Assembly (NCBI GenBank): GCA_041659445.1
Contig: JBAZYG010000002.1
Span: 120,001 to 152,000 of the forward strand
Direction: 5' to 3'
DNA: 32,000 bases
Source of the DNA: Candidatus Saccharimonadota bacterium
GTDB taxonomy: Archaea; Nanobdellota; Nanobdellia; Pacearchaeales; GW2011-AR1
Part shown: positions 6,954 through 15,679 of the stretch, in pieces
Position numbering within the stretch: the first letter of the stretch is position 1
How the letters are laid out: every line of letters starts with the position of its first letter
Program-made: the position numbers and the translations under genes
The notes under the pieces: model-generated
The model's database searches: none
Told to the model about the DNA's origin: nothing
What the model saw: the letters and a program-made list of their open reading frames with translations, nothing else

Positions 6954-8341
6954 ATATTTCCCATGAACTTTCTTAATGCGGGATTCATGTCCTCCATATG
7001 TTGTTTAGCAATACTTTGATAGAATTGGAACATAATCATAATTACTAATAAAATTGCAGTTCCTGAAACTAATGCTCCTAGTAAGTCTGTGAACGAAGCA
7101 AGCAAACCAATTGCAGCACCACCCATCACAGTTAAAGGCATAACATATCTTTCTAAAATACTTTCTAAAATTCTTATATCTTGTCTAAATCCTGCAACTT
7201 GTAATCCTGATGAAGCAATTCTTTTTGCTTGGGATTTAGCGTCCATACCAGAAGTTTTAACCCAAAACCACGAGAACAAAGCACAAAGAACTACATAAGA
7301 AATAATATGTGTAATTCCCTGAAATAAATAAATTGGTAAAAATCCTCCTCTGATTATTAATTCCAATAAGTTTGTATTTCCCATCCAGAACCCAACACCT
7401 GAAACAGCTTGTCCGTTGACAAAATGACCTAAAAATGTTGGATGTCCAAGCCAATTTTCTAAAATTCCTCCAAACAATTGAATATTTGCAACTAATGCAG
7501 CGACTAGAATAACGGGAATAACACTTGCATAAAAAAATGATAAAGGCCATTTAACACCGTATCCTCTGATTTTCCCGTATGAAAGAGGAACTTCAACTTT
7601 TAATGATTGAGCCCAAACAACTGCTAAGAAAATTAATACTGTGACAATTAAAGCAGCTAACGAAGAAATTAATTCTGTAGGATATTTATTAATTATTGAT
7701 TGAATGAATAATAAAATTTTACCAGAACAAGGAGTTCCAGAAAAATCAACAAGACAATTTTTTCCTTGAGCGTCGATGAACTGGAATGCACTTGTAATCA
7801 ATCTCCAAGAAACACCTGCACCAATAAATAAACTTACTCCTGAACCAAATCCCCATTTTTCAGAAACTTCATTCATGTAATAAATTGCAATTCCTCCGAG
7901 GATTAATTGGGCTATTACAATTCCTTTAAATCCAGTTGCTGCTTGAAGTCCATTCATTAAAACATAAACTAAAGATTCAAAGATTATAAAAAAGAAAGTT
8001 AATATTTTTTGAGTTCCTTGGAAAAACTTTTTACCTTCTGGTGTTGTTAAATCAATGTTTACTATTCCTGAACCTGTAAGTAATTGCAAAATAATCGACG
8101 CCATTACTATTGGTCCAATACCTAAAGATATAATTGAACCAAAATCTGTTCCTAAAATAATTGCTAAATATTCAAATCTATCTAACGCACTAGCAGTTAA
8201 TCCAAATAAAGATATATTAGCTAAAACAAAGAATGAAATCAAAATAATTATAGTCCATTTAAGTTTAACATTAAAACTCAGTTTTTTTTCATCTGGTTTT
8301 CTTACTTCTGGAATTAACTCAAATATCTTTTTCCAATCCAT
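6950..8341 (-). CDS. secY: Preprotein translocase subunit SecY
   Basis: 463 aa, 10-TM topology, conserved blocks GIGPIVMASIILQLL and the C-terminal cytoplasmic loop. It occupies the canonical position after L15. Confidence 0.93.
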   Translation of the reverse strand: MDWKKIFELIPEVRKPDEKKLSFNVKLKWTIIILISFFVLANISLFGLTASALDRFEYLAIILGTDFGSIISLGIGPIVMASIILQLLTGSGIVNIDLTTPEGKKFFQGTQKILTFFFIIFESLVYVLMNGLQAATGFKGIVIAQLILGGIAIYYMNEVSEKWGFGSGVSLFIGAGVSWRLITSAFQFIDAQGKNCLVDFSGTPCSGKILLFIQSIINKYPTELISSLAALIVTVLIFLAVVWAQSLKVEVPLSYGKIRGYGVKWPLSFFYASVIPVILVAALVANIQLFGGILENWLGHPTFLGHFVNGQAVSGVGFWMGNTNLLELIIRGGFLPIYLFQGITHIISYVVLCALFSWFWVKTSGMDAKSQAKRIASSGLQVAGFRQDIRILESILERYVMPLTVMGGAAIGLLASFTDLLGALVSGTAILLVIMIMFQFYQSIAKQHMEDMNPALRKFMGNI

Positions 8342-8362
8342 AATTATTTATCGAGAATATTG

Positions 8363-8370
8363 TTTTTAAA
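8363..8370 (-). promoter_or_regulatory. TATA box, 21 nt from the secY ATG (internal promoter between L15 and secY)
   Basis: tttttaaa on the + strand; the gap 8342-8362 is 21 nt. Confidence 0.45.
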
Positions 8371-8381
8371 GGTTATCAACT

Positions 8382-8882
8382 CTACTTCTTTTCTTTTTTC
8401 TTTGTGTGTTTTGGATTCTCAACAATCGGAGTTTCAATAATCTTTTTTTCTTTAACAATGATTTCTCCACCTGCTTTTTTTACTTTTTCAATAGCAGAAT
8501 TTGAAGCCTCGTATGCTCTGATTATTAATTTGTGTTTAACTTCTCCATCACCTAAAATTTTGTATCCTTCAAGATTAATTTCATAAACATCTTTATTTTT
8601 TTTACCATATTTTTCAAGATTAAGTTGGATTGTTCTTAAATTAATTCTTAATCTTTTATCTCTTTCAGTTTTTTTACTTGTTATTCCTTGTTTTCCAAAA
8701 TAATCATTTCCATATAATTTTGTTATTAATGTTTTTTTGTGGTCTGCTCTTTTACCGCTTCCAGCCATTCCAACTCCACCCTTATGTCCAGATTTCTTTC
8801 TTTTCTTTCTAGCTCCGCCTCCATGAGTTCCCATTTTTCTTCCATGCATTCTTGATTTTTTATTTCTTTTTTTAATTTTCAT
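8382..8882 (-). CDS. rpl15: 50S ribosomal protein L15 (uL15)
   Basis: Gly/Lys-rich N-terminus MHGRKMGTHGGGARKKRKKSGHKGGVGMAGSGKR; operon position. Confidence 0.9.
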   Translation of the reverse strand: MKIKKRNKKSRMHGRKMGTHGGGARKKRKKSGHKGGVGMAGSGKRADHKKTLITKLYGNDYFGKQGITSKKTERDKRLRINLRTIQLNLEKYGKKNKDVYEINLEGYKILGDGEVKHKLIIRAYEASNSAIEKVKKAGGEIIVKEKKIIETPIVENPKHTKKKEKK

Positions 8883-9282
8883 TTTTCTCCAATAAATCTA
8901 TTCCATCAAAAATAGGTTTAAATCTTTTTTCTATTCCTTGTTTATTCTTTTTACTTGCTAAAAAGCTGATATCAATTTGAATTCCAACAGGCCAAAAAGG
9001 ACCATCATCTAGTTCTCCATACCAAAGCATATTTCCTTCATTTGATATTTTTAAATAATAATTATTTTTTTCATCTCTCACACCAAATACTATTTTTTTC
9101 TCTTGGTTTTTAAAAATTTTATGGTTTCCTAAAAACACTCCTAAATATTCTTTTTCTGAACCCAATGAAGTTAAAGGATAAACTTCTCCAACTTTAGTTG
9201 GATTAACATAAATTATTCTTTTTTTTTCTGTAGAATCAAAGTTTAAATTTTCCCAAGCAATTTTTTTCAAATTTTTATCCAT
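8872..9282 (-). CDS. Orphan ORF e inserted between L30 and L15
   Basis: 136 aa with no recognisable family. The start is 1 nt after the L30 stop (TAAAATG junction) and the 3' end overlaps the L15 start by 11 nt. The first 7 codons are identical to those of S5. Confidence 0.55.
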   Translation of the reverse strand: MDKNLKKIAWENLNFDSTEKKRIIYVNPTKVGEVYPLTSLGSEKEYLGVFLGNHKIFKNQEKKIVFGVRDEKNNYYLKISNEGNMLWYGELDDGPFWPVGIQIDISFLASKKNKQGIEKRFKPIFDGIDLLEKNEN

Positions 9283-9283
9283 T

Positions 9284-9646
9284 TTATAACATTCTCCTTA
9301 TTAAATCATTAATTTTTTCTTTGTGGTTTCCTAAGACTCCGCCTTCTTCGACGTGCAATTTTGCTTTTATTCCTTTTCTAGGTGGATGTAATCTGAAAAA
9401 TGGTTTTAATTTTCCAGAAATGTCTTTTTTTCCTCTTTTGTTTACTAATTCTTTATATGTTTCATCGTCGATATTTCCATAAGCTACAAAACTATGAACT
9501 CTTTTTATCATTCCAATATTTTCTTTTGTATCTTCAATTACAACACAAGCATATTTTTTTCTTAATCTTAATCTATCTAAAGTATCAATTATTTCTTTTT
9601 TTATTCCTATTTTTCCTTTGATTCTTATAATTGCAATTTTACTCAT
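9284..9646 (-). CDS. rpl30: 50S ribosomal protein L30 (uL30)
   Basis: IAIIRIKGKIGIKKEIIDTLDRLRLRKKYACVV pattern; ATGA overlap with the S5 stop. Confidence 0.85.
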   Translation of the reverse strand: MSKIAIIRIKGKIGIKKEIIDTLDRLRLRKKYACVVIEDTKENIGMIKRVHSFVAYGNIDDETYKELVNKRGKKDISGKLKPFFRLHPPRKGIKAKLHVEEGGVLGNHKEKINDLIRRML

Positions 9647-10542
9647 TTTTTATCTTCTCCTATTTTTTTATTTGTTTTTTTAAGTGCATTAAAGCATGCT
9701 TTTACTGAGTTAAATGAAGTTCTTTGTTTACCGAAACTTTTACTATAAATATCTTTTATTCCTGCTAATTTTAAAACTTTCTTTAATTCTCCTGCAACAA
9801 CTAATCCAGTTCCTTGAGGAGCAGGTGTTAAAGTAATACTTACGCTTCCAGCTTTTCCTTCGACTTTGAAAGGAATTGAATGAGGATCATTACAAGAGCA
9901 ATCAAAACTTGAACAGGCTCTTTGAACTTTTATTAAATTTAATTTTGCTTTTCTTATAGCTTTATCTCTTGCAGGAAGAGTTTCAGTTGCTTTTCCAATT
10001 CCAAATCCAATATGTCCGTTTTCATCACCAACAACTGCCATTGCAGAGAAAGTTAATTTATTTCCTTCTTGAGTTTTTCTTTGAGTTTGCCTCCAAGCTC
10101 TTCTTTTACCGCCTCCAAATTTTCCTTTAGCTTGTCCAATTGAAATTAAATCTGTTTTCACGTCGATTAAATAATCAACAATTTTTTCTTCAAGTATTTT
10201 TTTATTGCTGTCAAGGATTTCGTCAATGTTTTTTATTTTACCATTTTTCACATCTCTTCCAAGTTGTGTTTTTGGTTGCCAAGATTCAATAATTGATGAT
10301 TTTGGGTCTTTGAATGTGATTTTCTCTTCTTCTTTTGCTGATTTTGAAAGAGCTTTTTTATTTTCTTCATCTATTTTTTTAAGAAGCATTTCTTCTTGTT
10401 CAAGTTCAATTTCTTTTTCTTTTTTAATTTTTATTTCAATCATTTCTTTTGTAGTTTTTTCAATTTCTTTAGCTTTTTTCAGTGCTTTTTCTTCAGAAAC
10501 AGTTCCATGAGCATCTATAGTTTTTTTCAAATTTTTATCCAT
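9643..10542 (-). CDS. rps5: 30S ribosomal protein S5 (uS5) with a ~85-aa Lys/Glu-rich N-terminal extension
   Basis: The conserved core runs from WQPKTQLGRDVKNGKI through GHIGFGIGKA and GTGLVVAGELKKVLKLAGIKD. At 299 aa it is longer than the ~210-240 aa I recall as typical for archaea. Confidence 0.9.
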   Translation of the reverse strand: MDKNLKKTIDAHGTVSEEKALKKAKEIEKTTKEMIEIKIKKEKEIELEQEEMLLKKIDEENKKALSKSAKEEEKITFKDPKSSIIESWQPKTQLGRDVKNGKIKNIDEILDSNKKILEEKIVDYLIDVKTDLISIGQAKGKFGGGKRRAWRQTQRKTQEGNKLTFSAMAVVGDENGHIGFGIGKATETLPARDKAIRKAKLNLIKVQRACSSFDCSCNDPHSIPFKVEGKAGSVSITLTPAPQGTGLVVAGELKKVLKLAGIKDIYSKSFGKQRTSFNSVKACFNALKKTNKKIGEDKK

Positions 10543-10543
10543 T

Positions 10544-11038
10544 TTATTTTTTATTTATTTTTAATTTAATTTCATTGAATTTGGTTGAGAAATCTTTTTT
10601 TAATTTTTTTCCGACGATTCTTTCTTCTTCTGGGAAAGTTTTTTCATCATGTTTTATTTTTAAACCAGAATCAACTAGTCCTTTTAAAAAACTATGAACT
10701 TTTGTTTTATGTTCTGTTCTAATCATTCCAAAATCAATTATTGGAGTTTCCAATTTTTTTTCTAATATTTTCTTTCCCATTAAATAACCTGTTAAGTAAC
10801 AAGCAGTAATTGATTTTAAACTTCCTTGATAATCCTCGGGCCATCCATATTTTAAAAGTTCTTTCGAGGTAATTCCAAAAATAGCTTTATCTTTTGCTTC
10901 TTGACTTACAACGTACTGTGAAATAATATATCTATTTGTTTTTCTGAAGACAACTCTAGGTTTCTCACTTTTTAAAAGACTTATTCTTTTTTTGTAGTCT
11001 GTTTTAAATTCTCTTCTTCGTATTTTTTGTATTCTCAT
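10544..11038 (-). CDS. rpl18: 50S ribosomal protein L18 (uL18)
   Basis: RRREFKTDYKKRISLLKSEKPRVVFRKTNRYIISQYV; operon position. Confidence 0.9.
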   Translation of the reverse strand: MRIQKIRRREFKTDYKKRISLLKSEKPRVVFRKTNRYIISQYVVSQEAKDKAIFGITSKELLKYGWPEDYQGSLKSITACYLTGYLMGKKILEKKLETPIIDFGMIRTEHKTKVHSFLKGLVDSGLKIKHDEKTFPEEERIVGKKLKKDFSTKFNEIKLKINKK

Positions 11039-11043
11039 TTTAG

Positions 11044-11448
11044 TTATTTATTTAATTTTAATATTTGTTTTAAATGTGCTTTGCTTTTGAATTCTTTGTT
11101 TCTTATTTTTTTTCTAAGTTCTTTAATTTCTTCTTTAGATAATTTTCCTTGTGTTCTTAATTCTTTTAAATAATTTCTTAATTTTCTAGTTATGATAATA
11201 TAGTCTCTTTTTCGAGTATTTACTTTTTTTCTAATTTTTCCTGTTGATCTTTTCTTCTTCTTTTTTATTATTCTTTTTCTTCCTTTGACGTTTTTAATAA
11301 TTATAGCACCATCTTTTGTTAAATCTCGAATATCTTGTTTAGTTATAGCTTCTTTTATTTCATCTAATCTTGCATTTATAAATACAATTCTTTCTTTACC
11401 AACATTCAATGTTCTTGCTGCAAGATTTTTCTTTTTACTTAAGTCCAT
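11044..11448 (-). CDS. rpl19e: 50S ribosomal protein L19e (eL19)
   Basis: KKNLAARTLNVGKERIVFINARLDEIKEAITKQDIRDL followed by a basic tail. Confidence 0.9.
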   Translation of the reverse strand: MDLSKKKNLAARTLNVGKERIVFINARLDEIKEAITKQDIRDLTKDGAIIIKNVKGRKRIIKKKKKRSTGKIRKKVNTRKRDYIIITRKLRNYLKELRTQGKLSKEEIKELRKKIRNKEFKSKAHLKQILKLNK

Positions 11449-11830
11449 TTTGATTTTTTTTCATATTTAATTTTTTTAAAAATGATTCTGGATTAAATTT
11501 TGTGAAAAGCACTTTCATTTCAATTGCTTTTTTAGCAATTTCAATTTTCTTTTTTTTACCTATTTTTCCTAAAATTCCGATGCTATTTTTATTTAATTTT
11601 TTTAAATCTTGTAAATTATTAATTTTTACTGGTTTTTTATTTTGAATTGTTCCTCTTATATTTTTTTCTTTTGCATATCCAATACTTACAACAACAGGAT
11701 ATCCTTTTCTTTTCTCTCTCATTTTATTATCTCTTCCTGTTGGTCTTCTCCATTTCAACATTTTTTTTCTTCTTTTTCCAAATGTTGAAAATCGTTTACT
11801 ATCTCTTCTTAAAAATTTCTTTTTTGTCAT
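11435..11830 (-). CDS. rpl32e: 50S ribosomal protein L32e (eL32)
   Basis: FLRRDSKRFSTFGKRRKKMLKWRRPTGRDNKMR motif; operon position. Confidence 0.85.
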   Translation of the reverse strand: MTKKKFLRRDSKRFSTFGKRRKKMLKWRRPTGRDNKMREKRKGYPVVVSIGYAKEKNIRGTIQNKKPVKINNLQDLKKLNKNSIGILGKIGKKKKIEIAKKAIEMKVLFTKFNPESFLKKLNMKKNQNGLK

Positions 11831-11831
11831 T

Positions 11832-12374
11832 TTAAATTTCTCTTCCGTTTTTATTTATTAAGTAAATTCCATCTTGAAAAATTCTTATATCTCTTCCTCG
11901 AATTTTAGTAGCTCTTTCTAAATTTGCTGCAGCTTGACCAGCCTTTTCCTTATCAGTAGATTTAATTGTTATTGTTTCCTTGTCAATATTAAATTCCACG
12001 TCGTCAGGAATTTCTGTTTTTCTTTCAATTTTTTCACCAAGGAAATTTTTGATTATAATTTCTTTTCCGTTTTGTTTTACTGTAAATGGGAAATGTACAA
12101 AACAAATTTTTAATTTGTATTCGAATTTTTCTTGAACTCCCTTTATCATATTTTTAATGTGGGAGTGCAATGTATTAATTTGTTTTTTCTCTTTTTTCGT
12201 AGCTTTTAAATGCCAAATTTTTATTATACCATCTTTTATTTCAAATTTTAGTTTTCCAAAATTTAATTTTCTTCTGTTTTCTCCTTCTTTTCCTTTGACA
12301 ATTAAAATTTTATCTTCTAGTTTTACTTCAACATCTTCAGGTATTTTTATTTTTTGAAACATTTCCTTTTTCAT
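11832..12374 (-). CDS. rpl6: 50S ribosomal protein L6 (uL6)
   Basis: IKIPEDVEVKLEDKILIVKGKEGE repeat-domain pattern. The ORF-track start at 12413 is a TTG, so I chose the first ATG (MKKEMFQ); the ATG at 12362 is also possible. Confidence 0.85.
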   Translation of the reverse strand: MKKEMFQKIKIPEDVEVKLEDKILIVKGKEGENRRKLNFGKLKFEIKDGIIKIWHLKATKKEKKQINTLHSHIKNMIKGVQEKFEYKLKICFVHFPFTVKQNGKEIIIKNFLGEKIERKTEIPDDVEFNIDKETITIKSTDKEKAGQAAANLERATKIRGRDIRIFQDGIYLINKNGREI

Positions 12375-12440
12375 TTTATTTTTGTTGGTTTTTTGAAAAA
12401 TGAAATTTACCAAAATTTATTTTGAGTTTTTTCATTTTAG

Positions 12441-12821
12441 TTAATAAAAATAAGCAATAACACTTCCTCCTATTTTTTCTTCTTGAGCTTCTTCATGAGT
12501 CATTAAACCTTTGTTTGTTGAAATAATCACTGTACCTATTTTTCTAGAAGGAAGATATCTTCTTCTATATTTTTCAATTTGATCTTTATCTGCACTAAAT
12601 CTTGGTTTAACAGCCTTGCATTCAGATAATTCTCCAATTGTTATTTCCAATGATTTTTCTTTTGGATTTATTTTGTATCTTTTAATTGCATTTTTTTGTT
12701 TCATAATTTTTAAAATTTCAATTAATAAATTTGAAATCCTATTTATTTTGATTTCTTGTTTTCCAGATTTCTTTGCATTCTTTATCATGTTTAAAGCATC
12801 AGCTACTATATCTTGTGACAT
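12441..12821 (-). CDS. rps8: 30S ribosomal protein S8 (uS8)
   Basis: MSQDIVADALNMIKNAKKSGKQEIKI ... GGSVIAYFY. The start was moved to M36 of the track ORF, giving 126 aa and a TAAAATG junction with the upstream ORF d stop. Confidence 0.85.
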   Translation of the reverse strand: MSQDIVADALNMIKNAKKSGKQEIKINRISNLLIEILKIMKQKNAIKRYKINPKEKSLEITIGELSECKAVKPRFSADKDQIEKYRRRYLPSRKIGTVIISTNKGLMTHEEAQEEKIGGSVIAYFY

Positions 12822-12822
12822 T

Positions 12823-13164
12823 TTATTTTTCAAGTGCCTCCCTAATTTTCTCCAATCTTTCATCAAATCCTTGTTGCATTGGGTGATAAAAATCTTGATT
12901 ATAACTTTTAAGATCAATAGATTCATTTTTAAATATTAAATCATTTTCATAAACATACCATTCAGTAATTGTTCTATCTTGAGGATATTTAACATCGCTT
13001 GATAAGAAATAATAAATATTCTTATTTAATTCTAGATTAAATTCCTTTCTAAGATAAATAGTATTTCTTCCAGAACCCTCTAAAACATTTTTAACTTTTA
13101 TCAAAGTATTCTCTTTCAAATTATTTAATTCTTCTAAACTATTTACTTTTTTTATCTTTTCCAT
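12823..13164 (-). CDS. Orphan ORF d inserted between S14 and S8
   Basis: 113 aa from MEKIKKVNS (the ATG 1 nt after the S14 stop). The longer track ORF would overlap S14 by 71 nt. No recognisable family. Confidence 0.5.
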   Translation of the reverse strand: MEKIKKVNSLEELNNLKENTLIKVKNVLEGSGRNTIYLRKEFNLELNKNIYYFLSSDVKYPQDRTITEWYVYENDLIFKNESIDLKSYNQDFYHPMQQGFDERLEKIREALEK

Positions 13165-13165
13165 T

Positions 13166-13396
13166 TTATGAATATTTTTTGAAACCAATTTCTTCTGCAA
13201 TCTCTCTGAAACAATGTCTGCAAAGATTGATTCCATATGTTTTTATATGTGCTCCAAATCTTCCGCATCTTTCACATTTTCTTGCAGCAATTCCAGTTTT
13301 TCTTTCTTTTGGTTTGCAATGTTTTATGAATTTTTCTTTTATTTCTGGTTTTGAATCTAATTGCTTGAATACTTTTTTCCAATCACTTGCTGTCAT
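13166..13396 (-). CDS. rps14: 30S ribosomal protein S14 (uS14, zinc-ribbon type)
   Basis: CERCGRFGAHIKTYGINLCRHCFREIAEEIGFKKYS (CxxC...CxxC). About 20 aa longer at the N-terminus than I recall for archaeal S14. Confidence 0.85.
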   Translation of the reverse strand: MTASDWKKVFKQLDSKPEIKEKFIKHCKPKERKTGIAARKCERCGRFGAHIKTYGINLCRHCFREIAEEIGFKKYS

Positions 13397-13893
13397 TTGA
13401 ATTTTGTTTGGAAGTTTTCTTCCATAAATTTAATTATTTCTTCTTTTGGAATCATTTGTTTTTTTGGAAATCTTCCTTTCTTTATTTTTCTTAATTTTAC
13501 TCTTCTTCCAGTTCTTTTAAATGATACTGTTACATCAAAACCCATAATTCCAATGTCTCTTTGATATTCCATTCCTGGAATTTCAATATATTCTTTTATT
13601 CCAAAAGAAAAATTATTTTCACTTATTTGTTTTTTATGTAAATTATTCTCAATTGCAGCAAGTAATTTTCTTAAAATATCTTCTGGATTTTTTCTTATTG
13701 TTACAACAGCTCCTATTTCTAAATTTGGTTTTACTCCTAGTGTTGGAATTCTTTTTCTTGAAGTTGTTTTTTTTGGTTTTCTTTTTGTTAGTAATTCTAA
13801 TAATTTGTATCCTTTTGTTAAGGGGTCTCCAATACCACTAACGCTCAAAACAACTTTCTCAATTTTTAATTTTCTCATTATATTTTCTGTCAT
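13393..13893 (-). CDS. rpl5: 50S ribosomal protein L5 (uL5)
   Basis: KIEKVVLSVSGIG ... GMEYQRDIGIMGFDVTVSF pattern. Confidence 0.9.
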   Translation of the reverse strand: MTENIMRKLKIEKVVLSVSGIGDPLTKGYKLLELLTKRKPKKTTSRKRIPTLGVKPNLEIGAVVTIRKNPEDILRKLLAAIENNLHKKQISENNFSFGIKEYIEIPGMEYQRDIGIMGFDVTVSFKRTGRRVKLRKIKKGRFPKKQMIPKEEIIKFMEENFQTKFK

Positions 13894-13894
13894 T

Positions 13895-14536
13895 TTATTC
13901 AGTCACCATTAATTGTTTAATTAAAATATGATATGAAATTTTATTTACTTCTATTTCTGCCATTTTTAGTTTATTGTCTATTTTTTTAATTACTCCTTTT
14001 TTTCCTGCATGTTTTCCACCAATTACAAAAACATTTGAATTTTCTTTAAATGGAATGCATTTTTCAATTTTGTTTTTTTCAAAGTCAATTAATACAGAAT
14101 CATTTACTTTACATTTTAATTCTGTTAAAAAATTTCTACCATCAAATAAATTTAATTGTGTCTTTTTTTTCTTTAGTATCTTTTTATCATCAATTTTTGA
14201 GATTTTTTTTGATTTTTCAGAATCTTTGATTTCTTCGAGGTCAAATTTTCCGAATTCTGATAAAATTAATTTATAATTTTTCTTAGATGGAACAATTGTT
14301 AAAGTGTCAAAAATTCTTAACATTTCTTTTTCTCCTTTTACTGGTTTGTTACATAACAATATTTCTTTTTTATGTATAGCTTTTTTTACTTCAGATCTAT
14401 TTTTTGCGATTTTCAAAACATCTCTTATTGCAATTAAAACAGGTAATCCTTTGGAATCTGATTTTAATACTAATTTTGTTCCCTTTCTCTTTATTGGCCA
14501 CGCTTTTGGTGCATTATTTCTTTTTAGGTGTTTCAT
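13895..14536 (-). CDS. rps4e: 30S ribosomal protein S4e (eS4)
   Basis: MKHLKRNNAPKAWPIKRKGTKLVLKS ... IGGKHAGKKGVIKKI (KOW-like). Confidence 0.9.
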   Translation of the reverse strand: MKHLKRNNAPKAWPIKRKGTKLVLKSDSKGLPVLIAIRDVLKIAKNRSEVKKAIHKKEILLCNKPVKGEKEMLRIFDTLTIVPSKKNYKLILSEFGKFDLEEIKDSEKSKKISKIDDKKILKKKKTQLNLFDGRNFLTELKCKVNDSVLIDFEKNKIEKCIPFKENSNVFVIGGKHAGKKGVIKKIDNKLKMAEIEVNKISYHILIKQLMVTE

Positions 14537-14949
14537 TTTTTATCCTCGTTGATTTTTTCTTTATTTTTTGAATTTGCTGAAATTTTAGCTAATCTTTTTT
14601 TGTCGTCTAAATTTAATTCAATAATTTGTAAGTTTGAAGGTCTTAATGGGATATTCACTTTTGAACCATCTTGTTTTTTTGTTTGAATTCCATCAATATA
14701 AACTTTCAATCTTTTAATTTTTATTTCATTTACTTTTCCTGTTTTTCCTTTGTGTTTTCCTTTTAAAATTTTGATTTTATCTCCTTTTCTCAAAACAACA
14801 TTTCTTTTTTTATATTTTTTTCTTAATTCTTTTGAAAGAGTGGTACTTAAAAATTTCTTTTTCAAGTGTATTGGGGCTTTTGCTAAGTATTTTCTTTTCT
14901 TTCTTGGTTGTTTACTTGAGTTCCAGTTTTTACTAAATTCTTTTTTCAT
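14533..14949 (-). CDS. rpl24: 50S ribosomal protein L24 (uL24)
   Basis: KOW motif LRKGDKIKILKGKHKGKTGKVNEI; operon position. Confidence 0.9.
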   Translation of the reverse strand: MKKEFSKNWNSSKQPRKKRKYLAKAPIHLKKKFLSTTLSKELRKKYKKRNVVLRKGDKIKILKGKHKGKTGKVNEIKIKRLKVYIDGIQTKKQDGSKVNIPLRPSNLQIIELNLDDKKRLAKISANSKNKEKINEDKK

Positions 14950-14950
14950 T

Positions 14951-15220
14951 TTAATTTATGATATTTCCAATTTTAGGAGGGTGATATTTAATACTATCAA
15001 AATATTTCTTATCAAATTCTTCTAATTCTTCTTTTGTAAAGAGGTTTATACTTTTTATATCTCCCATTAGATTGCAATGTCTTATAGTATATTCTGAAAC
15101 TGATGTTGGATTTTCTTTTTTTATTTCTTTTATAACATCTAAACTTGCGTTTATTAATGTTTCAAGTCCTTCTTTCACGATTTTCTTTTTTTCTTCAGTC
15201 AAATTTAATTTATATTCCAT
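14951..15220 (-). CDS. Orphan ORF c inserted between L14 and L24
   Basis: 89 aa, predicted helical, no recognisable family. TAAAATG junctions at both ends. Confidence 0.5.
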   Translation of the reverse strand: MEYKLNLTEEKKKIVKEGLETLINASLDVIKEIKKENPTSVSEYTIRHCNLMGDIKSINLFTKEELEEFDKKYFDSIKYHPPKIGNIIN

Positions 15221-15221
15221 T

Positions 15222-15623
15222 TTAATATACTATTGATGCCAATTTTGCAACAGAAGGCCATCTTTCTAAAATTTCTTTTGCAATTGGTCCTTTAATTTGT
15301 GTTCCCTTTGGGTTCCCTTTTTCATCTTTTAAAATTGCAACAGCGTTGTCCTCGAATGCAATTCTTTCTCCGTTTTTTCTTCTCCAAGGTTTTCTTTGTC
15401 TCAAGACTACAGCGTCGAAAACTTTCCCTTTCATATCTGGTACTCCTTTTTTAACAGATACTTTTACCCAATCTGCAATCTTTGCACTCATTTGTCTTGC
15501 TTTTTTTCCTTTTCCTTTTTTAACAGAGACTATTCTTACAACTTTTGCTCCACTATTATCTGCTGCGAGCACGACTGCTCCTAAATTTAATCCTGCAGTT
15601 GCTCTTGCACTAATTGCTTTCAT
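15222..15623 (-). CDS. rpl14: 50S ribosomal protein L14 (uL14)
   Basis: LNLGAVVLAADNSGAKVVRIVSVKKG ... AVVLRQRKPWRRKNGERIAFEDNA. Confidence 0.95.
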   Translation of the reverse strand: MKAISARATAGLNLGAVVLAADNSGAKVVRIVSVKKGKGKKARQMSAKIADWVKVSVKKGVPDMKGKVFDAVVLRQRKPWRRKNGERIAFEDNAVAILKDEKGNPKGTQIKGPIAKEILERWPSVAKLASIVY

Positions 15624-15679
15624 TCAAAATTACCTCCATGTCTTTTTTGGATGAATGAAAATCTTTGATTTGCTTTCAT
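15620..15679 (-). other. 19-codon relay mini-ORF (MKANQRFSFIQKRHGGNFE) bridging ORF b and L14
   Basis: Its ATG overlaps the ORF b TGA (ATGA) and its TGA overlaps the L14 ATG (ATGA), so it spans the whole 52-nt gap and contains the L14 SD. Confidence 0.35.
15633..15638 (-). promoter_or_regulatory. Shine-Dalgarno GGAGGT, 9 nt upstream of the L14 ATG
   Basis: The minus strand reads CATGGAGGTAATTTTGAATGAAAGC. Confidence 0.55.

Noticed and set aside
14947-15226. 9-bp direct repeat cattttaat at both ends of orphan ORF c, considered as a target-site duplication.
   Set aside because: It is simply the generic TAA-A-ATG junction plus flanking A/T that occurs at about 11 junctions in the operon, so it is not evidence of insertion.
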